Assembly: GCA_041395025.1 (NCBI GenBank)
Contig: JAWLBH010000001.1
Location: 510,001 to 542,000, forward strand
Direction: 5' to 3'
Source of the DNA: Chlamydiales bacterium
Lineage (GTDB): Bacteria; Chlamydiota; Chlamydiia; Chlamydiales; JAAKFR01
DNA length: 32,000 nucleotides
Position numbers and translations under genes: made by a program. A model generated the notes under the pieces. That model saw only the letters and a list, made by a program, of their open reading frames with translations. It had not been told where the DNA came from and made no database searches. How positions within the stretch are numbered: position 1 is the first letter of the stretch; each line of letters starts with the position of its first letter. This document shows, piece after piece, positions 1-10,337 of this stretch.

Positions 1-702
1 ATCTTGAAGAATTTGTTTGAGCACAATTGGGGTAAAACCAGGAGTATGGCAACTAAGAATAACAAAAGAAGGATGATCAGAGAGGATTTCACGACATTGG
101 GCAAGCATAGAAGGGAGATCTCTTTCTATTTTAAACACTTCTTTTGACTTGCCTCTTCCAAAAGAAGGAGGATCTAATAAGATTCCATCGTAAGACTCTT
201 TACGACGAATTGCACGTGCTAAATACTTTCGAGCATCCTCAACAATCCAACGAATAGAAGAGATTCCATTCATCGAGGCATTTTCAGCTGCCCATTTAAC
301 CATATTTTTTGCCGCGTCTACATGAGTGACTTTTGAGCCTGCTTGTGCAGCTGCAAGTGAAGCCCCTCCTGAATAAGCAAATAGGTTAAGAAAATGCCCA
401 CTAGGTTGTAATAAATTCCAAAGGATTGCATGCTCGGGAAAGATACCGAGATGACCAAACTCTGTGAGTTTGATGTAGAATTGCAGATTCTGAATAGACA
501 TTCTCCATCTTTCTGGAATAGGAGAAAAAATTTCCCATCGAGGCTCTTGATCTCGGCAAAAACGTCCATGAGCATCTTTCCATATCTTCTTTGCAAGGCG
601 GGGACGCCAAATCGCTTGGGGACAAGGCCGAATTAATAAGATCTCCCCAAATTGTTCTAATTTTTCCCCTCCACCACTATCGAGCAATTGGTACTGATCC
701 AT
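1..702 (-). CDS. class I SAM-dependent methyltransferase (RlmI / PF10672-like), 3' end outside window
   Basis: Own reverse-strand translation from ATG 702-700, open to base 1: MDQYQLLDSGGGEKLEQFGE...GHLGIFPEH...LNLFAYSGGASLAAAQAGSKVTHVDAAKNMVKWAAENA...YDGILLDPPSFGRG. Missing from the ORF track because it is edge-truncated. The listed 318..596 and 401..625 ORFs are out-of-frame shadows. Confidence 0.75.
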   Translation of the reverse strand, partial: MDQYQLLDSGGGEKLEQFGEILLIRPCPQAIWRPRLAKKIWKDAHGRFCRDQEPRWEIFSPIPERWRMSIQNLQFYIKLTEFGHLGIFPEHAILWNLLQPSGHFLNLFAYSGGASLAAAQAGSKVTHVDAAKNMVKWAAENASMNGISSIRWIVEDARKYLARAIRRKESYDGILLDPPSFGRGKSKEVFKIERDLPSMLAQCREILSDHPSFVILSCHTPGFTPIVLKQILQD

Positions 703-710
703 AAAAATCC

Positions 711-1190
711 CTATTTATTTAATGGTCGGGTATAGTCATCCAGCTTTTTAAGGGCATCTTGAATGGCTTGTTGAATAATCAACCTCCTACTTCCTTCAAA
801 ATAAGCCGTCCATAAGAGAGGTGGATCACCTTCTGAAACGATAGCAAAACAAACTGTTCCTACTGGTTTATTAGTCTCTTCTCCAGAAGGCCCTGCGATT
901 CCAGTTGTAGAAAGTGCTATATTGACTTTAAACAGATTTAAAATTCCAAAAGCCATCTCTAAAGCAGTTTGTTCACTCACTTCCCCCGATTGCACAAGGG
1001 TTGTTGGTTTAACACCTAATATTTGTTCTTTTATCTCATTCGAATAGGCAACTACTCCTCCTCGAAAGTACAAAGAGCAATCTGGAATAGCTACAAAAGA
1101 AGAAGCAAGTCCTCCTCCTGTACAAGACTCAGCTAAGGCTAAAGTCCAACTATTGCGAATAAAGCGTTGATGTAACAAGCGTATCGTCAA
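711..1190 (-). CDS. pncC: CinA C-terminal domain / nicotinamide-nucleotide amidohydrolase (PncC-like)
   Basis: 159-aa ORF with LALAESCTGGGLAS and STTGIAGPSG motifs typical of the CinA-C/PncC family. Confidence 0.85.
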   Translation of the reverse strand: MTIRLLHQRFIRNSWTLALAESCTGGGLASSFVAIPDCSLYFRGGVVAYSNEIKEQILGVKPTTLVQSGEVSEQTALEMAFGILNLFKVNIALSTTGIAGPSGEETNKPVGTVCFAIVSEGDPPLLWTAYFEGSRRLIIQQAIQDALKKLDDYTRPLNK

Positions 1191-1815
1191 TTTTTATCCC
1201 TTTTTCTTCAAGTTGTGAATGAGAGTTAATCCAAGAAAAACATTGCTTTCCTAAACGAATTGGCACATTTTGCTTACAACCTGCGATGATAAAAGGAGTA
1301 GGACGCGTATGAAGGCGGATCCATTTTTGCATAGCATAAAAGAGTGGTCCATTGACCAAATGACGTGTTGCTTGAATCTCATGGGTCTTAGGATCTTCAA
1401 AAATTTGCGGATAGCCTACCTGAATACCCCAAGTGATGCCATCTACTCCAAACAGTTGTGATCGGATACTCTGATCAATCGTACTATAACGAATCGCATG
1501 TGCGACTACCTGTACAACAGGTAGTCTAGGTCGATAAAGCTGACGCTTTCCATCTAAAAAAACAACTTCCATCGCTTCTGAAGAGACACTAAAAACAGGA
1601 GAGGTAAGAGATGAAGGAATCTTTCCTTGCTTTAAAGCGCTTATATAGCAAGCATAGTCAGCTAAAAAAAGATCGATAGGAATCACTCCTTCCCCCAAGA
1701 GAGTCACTTTTTGAATTTGATAAATTGTAAAAGCTGGTAAAGAGGCAAAAAGTGCTCTCATCTCCTCTAAATCGATGAGCAGGGGAATCTTTATCCACTT
1801 AGATACATTAAGCAT
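1150..1815 (-). CDS. hypothetical protein
   Basis: 221-aa ORF in an operon-like run, overlapping both neighbours (41 nt and 8 nt). No motif I can name. Confidence 0.6.
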   Translation of the reverse strand: MLNVSKWIKIPLLIDLEEMRALFASLPAFTIYQIQKVTLLGEGVIPIDLFLADYACYISALKQGKIPSSLTSPVFSVSSEAMEVVFLDGKRQLYRPRLPVVQVVAHAIRYSTIDQSIRSQLFGVDGITWGIQVGYPQIFEDPKTHEIQATRHLVNGPLFYAMQKWIRLHTRPTPFIIAGCKQNVPIRLGKQCFSWINSHSQLEEKGIKIDDTLVTSTLYSQ

Positions 1816-2329
1816 AGCTTTTTTTTCGATGCATAAGATTAACTAGAAAAAACCAAATCACACCCATGGTAATCCAAGTATCAGCTAAATTGAAAACAGG
1901 AAAATGATATCCCCAAAAATTCAATTGAATAAAGTCAATGACACATCCGTAAAGAAAGAAGTCAACCACATTTCCCAAAGCCCCTGCAATAATTAATAGA
2001 AGGGGGAAGATAATATAGCGTTTTTTATTGATAAAAAATAAATAGAAAAAAATTCCAAGAATCACAACCAAACGCACAAGAATTAAGCTAAGCTGGAAAC
2101 GAGAAAAAAATCCCCAAGCTGCTCCTTTATTAAAAACCAAGGTAATAGAGAGATGTATTCCAAAAAAATTCAAGTCTACAGGAGAGTGATAAGAGGGACC
2201 CAATGAATTGTAAAAAGGAAAAATATGGTAAATATAAGACTTTGTAAAAAAATCTATAAAGAGTAAACTCAAGCCAAGAGCTACGAGAAGTGTCGTATAA
2301 CTATACCTTCTAAGAGAATTTTGACTCAA
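1808..2329 (-). CDS. lspA: lipoprotein signal peptidase (signal peptidase II)
   Basis: 173 aa, multi-TM, with NKGAAWGFF and FNLAD motifs characteristic of LspA. Confidence 0.9.
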   Translation of the reverse strand: MSQNSLRRYSYTTLLVALGLSLLFIDFFTKSYIYHIFPFYNSLGPSYHSPVDLNFFGIHLSITLVFNKGAAWGFFSRFQLSLILVRLVVILGIFFYLFFINKKRYIIFPLLLIIAGALGNVVDFFLYGCVIDFIQLNFWGYHFPVFNLADTWITMGVIWFFLVNLMHRKKSYA

Positions 2330-2361
2330 TCCACTTTATCCTATCTAAAACTCGATCCACC

Positions 2362-2733
2362 CTAATCCTTAAGAAGTCCTTTTTCATACATATCTTGAGA
2401 TTTGACAGTCATTGTTGCATAAGGAACAGCTTCCAGTCTAGCTAAAGGAATTTCTTCCCCACTCACATCACACATCCCATACGTTTCTTCTCTAATTTTT
2501 TCTAATGCACGATCAATCTGGCGCAGCATTTCATACTCTTTCCCCGTAATTTCAAGGCTAATTTTACGATCAAAATCATCAGTTCCTTGATCCGCTTGAT
2601 GCTGAGTATACCCTGTGGCTTCATCAGGACGTTTGACTTCGCGAGTGGTCCCCTCAAGCATATGAGTTAAATGGCGCCTGATTTCTTCAAGACGAGTTTT
2701 AAATGCTTCTACTTGCTTTTTAGTTAATGGCAT
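2362..2733 (-). CDS. dksA: DksA/TraR-family transcription factor
   Basis: 123 aa with a coiled-coil-like N-terminal part and a DksA-type C-terminus (YGMCDVSGEEIPLARLEAVPYAT). Confidence 0.85.
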   Translation of the reverse strand: MPLTKKQVEAFKTRLEEIRRHLTHMLEGTTREVKRPDEATGYTQHQADQGTDDFDRKISLEITGKEYEMLRQIDRALEKIREETYGMCDVSGEEIPLARLEAVPYATMTVKSQDMYEKGLLKD

Positions 2734-2901
2734 GAGTTCCTCTATTTAATTGTAGATGAATAAATTAATTTTAAAATACCTACATATAGCTCAAAAATAT
2801 AATTCCTTGATAGCCAATGGATTTGAATATAAAAACAGAAAATGTTCTAAAAAACATACTCAATTTACACAATCCTATCCTATTGTAAGCACTACTCATG
2901 T

Positions 2902-3417
2902 CTATTTATCATGCACAAGAACTTCAGACCGCATTGTTTTTGTCAGTTGACAATCTGTTTCTTTTGGCTCTACTGATTGGATTGCCTCCATCAGTTCACC
3001 AATATCCTTGAAACGACGATAGACACATGCAAAGCGGATATATGCGATCATGTCCATTTTTTTCAAATATTTCATGATAATCTCTCCAATTTCTTTGGTT
3101 GTGATCTCACGCACCTGGAGTTCCATGAGTTGCCCTGTAATTTTTGAAGCCAAATTGCGTACTTGTTCATGACTGATCTGAGTATGTCGACATGCTGCTT
3201 CTAAACCGGAGATTAATTTTTCTTCTTGAAAATCTTCATATAGTCCGTTTCTTTTACACACTTGAATTGTTAGATCAATCATTTCAAATGTTGTAAAACG
3301 ACGATTACAGCGCAGACACTCTCTTCGTCTTCTTATCGTATTTGCATCAAAAGCATTGCGCGAGTCAGTGACTTTTAAATCTTCGTTCCCACAGAAAGGG
3401 CATCTCATTTTCTTCAC
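2902..3417 (-). CDS. nrdR: transcriptional repressor NrdR
   Basis: MRCPFCGNEDLKVTDSR...CLRCNRRFTTFE zinc ribbon followed by an ATP-cone-like region. The real start is probably the Met at 3408 (MRCPFCG). Confidence 0.9.
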   Translation of the reverse strand: MKKMRCPFCGNEDLKVTDSRNAFDANTIRRRRECLRCNRRFTTFEMIDLTIQVCKRNGLYEDFQEEKLISGLEAACRHTQISHEQVRNLASKITGQLMELQVREITTKEIGEIIMKYLKKMDMIAYIRFACVYRRFKDIGELMEAIQSVEPKETDCQLTKTMRSEVLVHDK

Positions 3418-3653
3418 CCTATGACTATAGTATCATGACAAAGAGGCGAAGGATAACTTAATCGTGATTTTTTTAAAACATACATATCATAGTTAATCAA
3501 AAATTGATAAATTTCCAAAAAATACAATTTTTCAAACTTTATATGAACTAATATAATCGTATTAATCTTTAATTTATGAATGATCTATGTTAATTACCTT
3601 TTTCTTTTTTTTTTCTCGGCCTATGCTGCCTATTTAGTGGAGCGAAATCTCTT

Positions 3654-4634
3654 GTGCTTGGAGCCTCTCAACTTGCAAGAGCTTTAGGAATCTCACCTTT
3701 AATCATCGGAGTAACAGTGGTTGCATTTGGAACAAGTGCTCCTGAAATCGGGGTGAGTATAGTAGGATTTTGGAAAGGAGAAGGATCGATGGTGATTGGT
3801 AACATTGTTGGAAGCAATATTTTTAATACTCTTATGATTCTAGGGATCTGTGCCATTGTAACACCATTAGTTATTCATAAAACGCTTATTATCTATGATA
3901 TACCGATTATGATTTTTGCAAATCTACTTTTCTGGATTCTCACGTTAAATGGACAATTAGTACGTTTATCTAGTTTGATTTTATTATTGTTTTTCATTCT
4001 TTATTTAATTTTGATTTTTAATCTTTCAAAAAAACAAAAGGATACCAAACAAAATGGATCTCCTATCTATCCAGTTTGGTCTCAAATACTTTGGATCATC
4101 TTAGGGTTGATTTTGATTGGACTGGGTTCTATTTTATTAGTATCCAAAGCGACAAAACTTGCTATCTATTTTGGATTTAGTGAACTATTTATTGGCCTAA
4201 CAATTCTAGCTATTGGAACCTCTCTTCCAGAATTAGTCACTTCTATTTTTGCCTTAAAGAAGGGGGAAAGGGAGTTAGCAATTGGAAATGTGATTGGCAG
4301 CAATATACTTAATCTATTTGGTGTGATGGGCATCGCGGGTGTTCTATCTCACGGTCCTATTGTTATTCCTATAAAAGCCATGACATTTGACATTCCAGTA
4401 ATGATTGGGGCTTCAATAGCTACACTACCCATCTCTCTAACGGGTCATAGAATCTCTCGTTTGGAAGGCCTACTTTTTCTTCTTTATTACCTCACTTACA
4501 TCATCTGTTTGATCTTAAAAGCAAAATTTAGCCATCTACTTGCCTATACTACGATACCCCTCTTATTTTTTATTTTTGCTATGGTGATTTTGACTTTAAC
4601 GATAGGATTAATTCACCATTTTACACATAAATAA
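3654..4634 (+). CDS. Ca2+/cation antiporter (CaCA, YrbG-type), possibly 5'-frameshifted
   Basis: 326 aa, about 10 TM, with two alpha-repeat motifs (VAFGTSAPE and AIGTSLPELVTS). Only a GTG start is available. The frame is open back to 3594 and encodes the missing first TM. An ATG at 3587 is one T out of frame across a T10 run (3605-3614). Confidence 0.85.
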   Translation: MLGASQLARALGISPLIIGVTVVAFGTSAPEIGVSIVGFWKGEGSMVIGNIVGSNIFNTLMILGICAIVTPLVIHKTLIIYDIPIMIFANLLFWILTLNGQLVRLSSLILLLFFILYLILIFNLSKKQKDTKQNGSPIYPVWSQILWIILGLILIGLGSILLVSKATKLAIYFGFSELFIGLTILAIGTSLPELVTSIFALKKGERELAIGNVIGSNILNLFGVMGIAGVLSHGPIVIPIKAMTFDIPVMIGASIATLPISLTGHRISRLEGLLFLLYYLTYIICLILKAKFSHLLAYTTIPLLFFIFAMVILTLTIGLIHHFTHK

Positions 4635-4730
4635 CTTTTACAGTTGTAATATCACTGTAACTCAGATGAAATGGTTTATAAGGATTGAGATAGGCATAGT
4701 AAATGATATGTAAAAAAGGAAATCAAGAGG

Positions 4731-5321
4731 ATGTTTACAGGCATTATTCATAAGATTGGAAAAGTGGTAGATGTGAAAAAAAATGATCAGCTGATGCAAT
4801 ATGCACTGGTTTTTCCTTATCAAGAACTAACAATTGGAGCAAGTATCTCTGTAGATGGAGTCTGTCAAACAGTAGCGAAAATTCAAGATAAGAAGATCTG
4901 GTTTGATGCTATTGAGGAGACAATCAAATGTACAACACTCAATTCTTTAGAGATTGGACAAACTGTTAATATTGAAAGAGCAGCTAAAATGGGTGATGAG
5001 ATTGGAGGGCATATGCTTTCTGGTCACATTTACGGAACCACCCAGCTAGTGAAGATCGAAAAAAATGTTTACACATTTAAACTTCCTAAAGCATGGAAGA
5101 AATATCTATTTGTCAAAGGGTATGTGGCCATTAATGGCATCAGTTTAACTCTTGCTGCCCTATACCAAGAAGAATTTAACGTCCATCTTATCCCTACTAC
5201 CCTTGCATTTACGACTTTGAGGGAAAAACAACCCGGTGATCTATTGAATATTGAATTTGATTTTTTCACTCAGACAACTGTTGAAACAGTAGAAAGAATA
5301 TTAGCAAAAACAGATCCTTAG
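4731..5321 (+). CDS. ribE: riboflavin synthase alpha subunit
   Basis: 196 aa with the MFTGII start and duplicated lumazine-binding halves (SISVDGVCQTV / YVAINGISLTL). Confidence 0.9.
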   Translation: MFTGIIHKIGKVVDVKKNDQLMQYALVFPYQELTIGASISVDGVCQTVAKIQDKKIWFDAIEETIKCTTLNSLEIGQTVNIERAAKMGDEIGGHMLSGHIYGTTQLVKIEKNVYTFKLPKAWKKYLFVKGYVAINGISLTLAALYQEEFNVHLIPTTLAFTTLREKQPGDLLNIEFDFFTQTTVETVERILAKTDP

Positions 5322-5324
5322 CTT

Positions 5325-5648
5325 CTATTTATCTTCTAAATAGTGGTTCACAATTTCATTAGCTTCTTTAGAAATTGTTTTTGCTTTTTCTAACATTTCT
5401 AATGATTGGCTACGAATCCCGTCTAATAATTGTACCGTGTCATGCGAAACTTTACCATAATGATGGATCAATTCTTTTTGCATCTCTTTCCCTGATTTTG
5501 GAGTCAATAAAAGGACCGCTGCTCCTCCAAAAAGTCCCCCTATCACAGCTCCTAAAAAAAAACTTGACCCAGTATGCTTTCTTTTTCCTAACATGGAAGA
5601 TTTCCTATCTTTTTCTAACGACCCTGCTTGCTGCTTTTTTAGCTTCAA
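5325..5648 (-). CDS. YtxH-domain small membrane protein
   Basis: FFLGAVIGGLFGGAAVLLLTPKSGKEMQKEL is a typical YtxH motif. The start is probably the internal Met at 5594, given the 44-nt overlap with the upstream gene. Confidence 0.7.
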   Translation of the reverse strand: MKLKKQQAGSLEKDRKSSMLGKRKHTGSSFFLGAVIGGLFGGAAVLLLTPKSGKEMQKELIHHYGKVSHDTVQLLDGIRSQSLEMLEKAKTISKEANEIVNHYLEDK

Positions 5649-5874
5649 TCACTATGGTTTTAGCACTCTTGCATAATTTTGAAGATCCCTCAAGAGCCCC
5701 AACAATCATATCTTTTCCCTTAGAGGTTGCATGATGACACTTCTTTGCGACATCTTTTCTCATTTTTTTACCAGATTTAGGCGCAAAAAAGAGTACCGCC
5801 ATTCCTCCAAAAAGTCCCCCAAAAAAAGCCCCAAGGGCAAATCCTTTACCACGACCAGATTTTTTATGTGTCAT
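5605..5874 (-). CDS. YtxH-domain small membrane protein (paralog)
   Basis: GFALGAFFGGLFGGMAVLFFAPKSGKKMRKDV YtxH motif. Confidence 0.7.
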   Translation of the reverse strand: MTHKKSGRGKGFALGAFFGGLFGGMAVLFFAPKSGKKMRKDVAKKCHHATSKGKDMIVGALEGSSKLCKSAKTIVIEAKKAASRVVRKR

Positions 5875-6210
5875 TTATTTTTTCTCCTTCAATTTTTGCC
5901 AAATGGCTACGCCGACTAAAGCCCATCTCACGACTTCAATCACTGCGTCTAAGCAACGATCTTTCTTCTTAAAGGCTTTTTTAGAGATCTCATCTTCACT
6001 CTCACTCATTCCCTTCTCTTTCTTCTCCACTAGATCTCCTATCTTAAAAATAAAACGAGCCAGAGGGGCAAAAGCTTGAATCTTATCATCCATATCCAAA
6101 ATAGTTCGACGTAAAGACAGTAGAATGATTGCTAAGAAAATGACGATAGCAATAAAAGCACAAGCCACTATTGCAACACTTATAGAAATAATTAAACTAT
6201 CCGTAGACAT
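5875..6210 (-). CDS. small membrane protein, DUF948-like
   Basis: 111 aa with an N-terminal TM helix and a helical tail. It abuts the two YtxH genes, recalling the ytxGHJ-type trio of Firmicutes. The family assignment is tentative. Confidence 0.5.
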   Translation of the reverse strand: MSTDSLIISISVAIVACAFIAIVIFLAIILLSLRRTILDMDDKIQAFAPLARFIFKIGDLVEKKEKGMSESEDEISKKAFKKKDRCLDAVIEVVRWALVGVAIWQKLKEKK

Positions 6211-6270
6211 AATTAATAATTAATTAGATTTCTAATATTATTATTAAATAAAAATTTAATTATGTAAAGT

Positions 6271-7614
6271 TTAAGCTGCTTTTTCGACCGGATGGTTTAT
6301 CTTTTCAAATACGATTTCTTTTCTAAGACGAAAAATACCCAAAAGATTGATCACCAATAATATAGAACCTGAAACAGACATCACTAGAAGTGCTTGATTT
6401 TGAGGGATAAGAGAAAAAAGAATCAGAGCAGTGATCCCATAAACAATATAGACATACTTTCCAAAACGAGGAGCTAAATAACTCGCACACTTAATTCCAA
6501 CCACAAAATAGGTAGTAATCGTGGTAAATCCCGTAATAATAAAGAAAAATGGAATAAAAAGATGCATATAAGGAAAATAAGATTCCAATGCAGTTTGAAT
6601 TAACTGCGATCCTTCTAAAGGAGTTAAACTCTTCCAAACTCCTGAGACTAAAACAACTAAAATACTAAATGTACAGATTAGATTATCAAGACAAACCCCA
6701 AGAATCGCCAAACGTGCTTGTTTTTCAGGTTCCAGAGTTGCTGATTCACTTTGAATAATTGAATCATAGCCTACTCCAATATCTGCTGAGTAGGCGGCAC
6801 GAGCAATCCCATGCTGAATAGTTAAAATAATTGTGCTCCCTGCGAATCCACCCACAGCTGCATGACCAACAAAAGCAGATTTAAATACATCGAGTAAAAT
6901 CAAAGGAATAGATCGAAATTCCTGTAGAATGACCCAAAAACCCATGGCAATATAAATGAAGATAAAAAACGGCATGACCCAAGAACAAATCTGCCCAATA
7001 CGAGACACCCCTCCAATGGAAGCATAAAGGACAAAAAGCAAAAGAATCATAATTACTGCGTAGCGATTAAAATGCCAGTTTATAGAGACACTATCTGTGA
7101 TCACCGAAAATTGATAAATCTCTATTGCATAAATACATAAAAGGAGCGCTACCACCAAGGGAATCCATCTATTTTTAAATGCTTTCTTAAGAAAGTACAT
7201 CGGCCCTCCATTATAACTTCCTTCTTTATTGGGCTGACGATATTTAAATCCTAAATAGATCTCACAGTATTTGACAATTGCTCCAATGATTCCCGCGATC
7301 CAAACCCATACAAGTGCTCCTGGACCTCCCATTTGGACTGCAGTGGCAATTCCTACAACATTTCCAATCCCAATCATCCCTCCAGTTGATGCAAAAAATG
7401 CTTTTAATGGATGGATTCCTCGGTTAGCTGGAGAGCCTCTTTTTAAAAAAGAAAAAAAAATCTTCAATGTTTCAGGTAGAGAACGGATAAGAGTTCCTCC
7501 TCCACGAAAAATGAAAATACACCCAAGAAAAATAATGAGAAAAAAGGCAAAATACCCCCAAAAAATCTCATCTAATTCTTTTAGAAAATTAAAAATACTA
7601 TCTAACATGATCAA
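6271..7614 (-). CDS. alanine/glycine:cation symporter (AGCS family)
   Basis: 447 aa, multi-TM, with GGPGALVWVWIAGIIGAIVKYCEIYLGFKYR typical of sodium:alanine symporters. Confidence 0.85.
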   Translation of the reverse strand: MIMLDSIFNFLKELDEIFWGYFAFFLIIFLGCIFIFRGGGTLIRSLPETLKIFFSFLKRGSPANRGIHPLKAFFASTGGMIGIGNVVGIATAVQMGGPGALVWVWIAGIIGAIVKYCEIYLGFKYRQPNKEGSYNGGPMYFLKKAFKNRWIPLVVALLLCIYAIEIYQFSVITDSVSINWHFNRYAVIMILLLFVLYASIGGVSRIGQICSWVMPFFIFIYIAMGFWVILQEFRSIPLILLDVFKSAFVGHAAVGGFAGSTIILTIQHGIARAAYSADIGVGYDSIIQSESATLEPEKQARLAILGVCLDNLICTFSILVVLVSGVWKSLTPLEGSQLIQTALESYFPYMHLFIPFFFIITGFTTITTYFVVGIKCASYLAPRFGKYVYIVYGITALILFSLIPQNQALLVMSVSGSILLVINLLGIFRLRKEIVFEKINHPVEKAA

Positions 7615-7933
7615 AACATTTTAAATAATATGAAATATTTATTCTATCGAAAGAATTGATCTCTTCCATAAATTTAATGAAATTATAAATTTTAATATAA
7701 ATCGACTCCATATTTTCTATGATTAAAATGTTATTCTCTCAAGAATTTTTTTGAGTTGATTTATATTTAATTAAAATAATTAATATAAAACTTTTTTGTA
7801 TCAATTAGACTTAAGCTTCACTTTAAAAATATATATATTCTCCTTGACTGCTCTATCTAAAATGTCTTATTTGTAAGATTGGATCAACTCATAGATAGTC
7901 TCTTATGCAATTTTTGATGAATAAAAAGCTCTT

Positions 7934-9349
7934 ATGACCAAGACACTTTCTCTTCTTTGGTTTAGACAAGATTTAAGATTATCTGATAACCCCGCGGTAG
8001 CGAAGGCTGCCGATTTAGGTAGTGTATTAGCCATCTACATCCTAGATGACTGTGCGCCCAATCTATTTAAAATAGGTAGTGCAAGCAAAATATGGCTCTA
8101 CTATTCACTTGAGAAACTCAATCGATCTTTAGGTGGCTCTCTTAATATCTATAATGGAGCAGCAGATAAGATCATCAGTGAATTGACTGCATCCTATCCT
8201 ATTCATCATATTTTTTATAATCAATGTTATGAGCCTTGGCACTTAAAACAAGAAAGCTTGGTAAAATCTCTCTGTAAAAAGAGATCTATAGACTGCCAGT
8301 CTTTCAATGGAAATTACTTATGGGACCCCGACCAAATATTAAAAAATGATGGAAGTTATTATAGAGTATTTCATGCATATAAAAACAAATCTCATCAATC
8401 ATTACCTCGTCTCTCCATAGAAAAAACCATGAAAATTGATCCGATTAAAGATCTTAAAAATGCTCTATCTATAGCTGACTTACCTTTACTTCCAAGAGGG
8501 AAAAGATGGTACGAAAAAATTGTGTGTGCATGGCAAATAGGAGAAGTAGCAGCACACAATAAATTAAGTAATTTTATCAAAACGAGTCTTGCGGGATATA
8601 AACATGGTCGTGATTACCCATGTAAAAATCAAACCTCTTTATTATCCCCACATTTGCATTTCGGTGAAATTTCCCCTTCTCAAATTTGGAAGGCTATCCA
8701 TGATGTGGATGTTTATGATGAGGATAGGGCTCATTTTTCTAGTGAATTAATATGGCGTGAATTTTCATGCTACTTATTGTATCATGTAAAATCCTTACAC
8801 AAAGAGAATTTTAATGCTAAATTCAACAGATTTCCTTGGCAAGATCATGAAAAATATTTTCATGCATGGAAAACAGGTCAGACAGGCTACCCAATTGTTG
8901 ATGCAGGGATCCGTCAACTCTGGCAAACAGGATATATGCATAATAGAGTCAGAATGATCGTGGCCTCTTTTTTAGTGAAAAATCTGATGATTCATTGGCA
9001 TAAGGGTCGTGATTGGTTTTGGGATTGTTTAGTTGATGCTGATCTTGCAAACAATAGTGCTAGTTGGCAATGGGTAGCGGGATGTGGAGTGGATGCGGCT
9101 CCTTATTTCAGAATTTTCAATCCTATGACTCAAGGGAAAAAATTTGATAAATATGGAACGTATACCAGACAATTTGTCCCTGAATTAGCAAATCTGCCGG
9201 ATAAATATTTATTTGCTCCATGGACTACTCCTAAATCTATCTTAAATTCAGCAAAAATCATTTTAGGTAAGAGTTATCCTAATCCTATTGTTGACTTAAA
9301 CACTTCAAGAAATAGAGCCCTTAGAGCCTATAAAAAATTGACAAAATGA
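7934..9349 (+). CDS. phrB: deoxyribodipyrimidine photolyase / cryptochrome family
   Basis: 471 aa with LLWFRQDLRLSDNPA at the N-terminus, WREF, TGYPIVDAGIRQLWQTGYMHNRVRMIVASFL and NNSASWQWVAG. Confidence 0.9.
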   Translation: MTKTLSLLWFRQDLRLSDNPAVAKAADLGSVLAIYILDDCAPNLFKIGSASKIWLYYSLEKLNRSLGGSLNIYNGAADKIISELTASYPIHHIFYNQCYEPWHLKQESLVKSLCKKRSIDCQSFNGNYLWDPDQILKNDGSYYRVFHAYKNKSHQSLPRLSIEKTMKIDPIKDLKNALSIADLPLLPRGKRWYEKIVCAWQIGEVAAHNKLSNFIKTSLAGYKHGRDYPCKNQTSLLSPHLHFGEISPSQIWKAIHDVDVYDEDRAHFSSELIWREFSCYLLYHVKSLHKENFNAKFNRFPWQDHEKYFHAWKTGQTGYPIVDAGIRQLWQTGYMHNRVRMIVASFLVKNLMIHWHKGRDWFWDCLVDADLANNSASWQWVAGCGVDAAPYFRIFNPMTQGKKFDKYGTYTRQFVPELANLPDKYLFAPWTTPKSILNSAKIILGKSYPNPIVDLNTSRNRALRAYKKLTK

Positions 9350-10197
9350 TGCTGATTTTTGGTCATGGGTATGTCTCAAGATTCTTAATGGAACAAATGC
9401 ATCCCCTTAATTACAAGGTCTACTGCACCTCAAGACAAGTAAAGCAGCCAATCAGAAAGGGAAATATCGAAATCTTGAATTTTTTCGATCCCATTTTACC
9501 CTCCATTATTGACTCTTCACATCTTATTTTGACGACTATCCCACCAGATGATGCAGGAGTTGATCCAGTCTTAGAAAGATATTCGCAATATCTATCAAAA
9601 ACAACATGTAAATGGATAGGGTATCTGTCATCGACAAGTGTCTATGGCAATCATCATGGAGCTTGGGTGGATGAAAAGACACAATGTACACCTAGTCATC
9701 GAGAGTCTAAATGGCGATTATTTGCGGAAAAGGCGTGGTTAAATTTGTATGTAAAATACAAATTACCAGTTCATATTTTCCGATTGTCAGGGATTTATGG
9801 CCCAAATAGAAATTGCTTAGAAGAGATCAAAAAAGGCAAAAAGTCTACCATTGTTAAATCAGGGCAATATTTTTCTAGAATTCATATGGTAGATATTTGC
9901 CAAGCTATTCTTGCTTCGATCGACTCTCCTATAGGGGGAGAGATCTTCAATATTAGTGATGATGAACCAGCACCTCTCCACCTTGTCCACCAGTTTGGTG
10001 CGGATATTTTAAATGAACCACCTTTAAAAGAAATTTCATTCGAAAAGGCTGAGTTATCAAAGCGAGCACAATCCTTTTTTTATGATAATAAAAAGGTAAG
10101 CAATCAAAAATTGAAAAACTGTTTAGGTTTTGAATGTAAATACCCAAATTATCGAACTGGTCTATTAGAGGGGTGTTTGCCATTTCTCAAAAGATGA
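9346..10197 (+). CDS. NAD(P)-binding Rossmann-fold protein (atypical SDR / epimerase-like)
   Basis: 283 aa, IFGHGYVSRFL N-terminus, SSTSVYG and IFRLSGIYGP motifs. Its start overlaps the photolyase stop in an ATGA. Confidence 0.65.
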   Translation: MMLIFGHGYVSRFLMEQMHPLNYKVYCTSRQVKQPIRKGNIEILNFFDPILPSIIDSSHLILTTIPPDDAGVDPVLERYSQYLSKTTCKWIGYLSSTSVYGNHHGAWVDEKTQCTPSHRESKWRLFAEKAWLNLYVKYKLPVHIFRLSGIYGPNRNCLEEIKKGKKSTIVKSGQYFSRIHMVDICQAILASIDSPIGGEIFNISDDEPAPLHLVHQFGADILNEPPLKEISFEKAELSKRAQSFFYDNKKVSNQKLKNCLGFECKYPNYRTGLLEGCLPFLKR

Positions 10198-10337
10198 CTC
10201 ACACTGAACTTTAATTGAATGATTTCGCATGCTTCTAAATGACTCAATTATAAAAACCACAACCTATGAAAAAGCTATTCTTTCAATCATCATAAAGCAT
10301 ACGATCGACTGTTCAAAATGGGTAAAAATCTTCTGAA

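Noticed and set aside
4635..4730. FMN riboswitch upstream of ribE
   Set aside because: The leader is only about 96 nt and lacks the conserved RFN core sequences. It contains only a short 5-bp hairpin.
5325..6210. YtxH/YtxH/DUF948-like trio as something unusual
   Set aside because: This is a common arrangement of small stress-associated membrane proteins, and nothing anomalous is visible in the sequence.
5375..7624. Plus-strand ORFs 5375-5734, 5731-5919 and 7271-7624
   Set aside because: They are antisense shadows of the YtxH and symporter genes, low-complexity and without start context.
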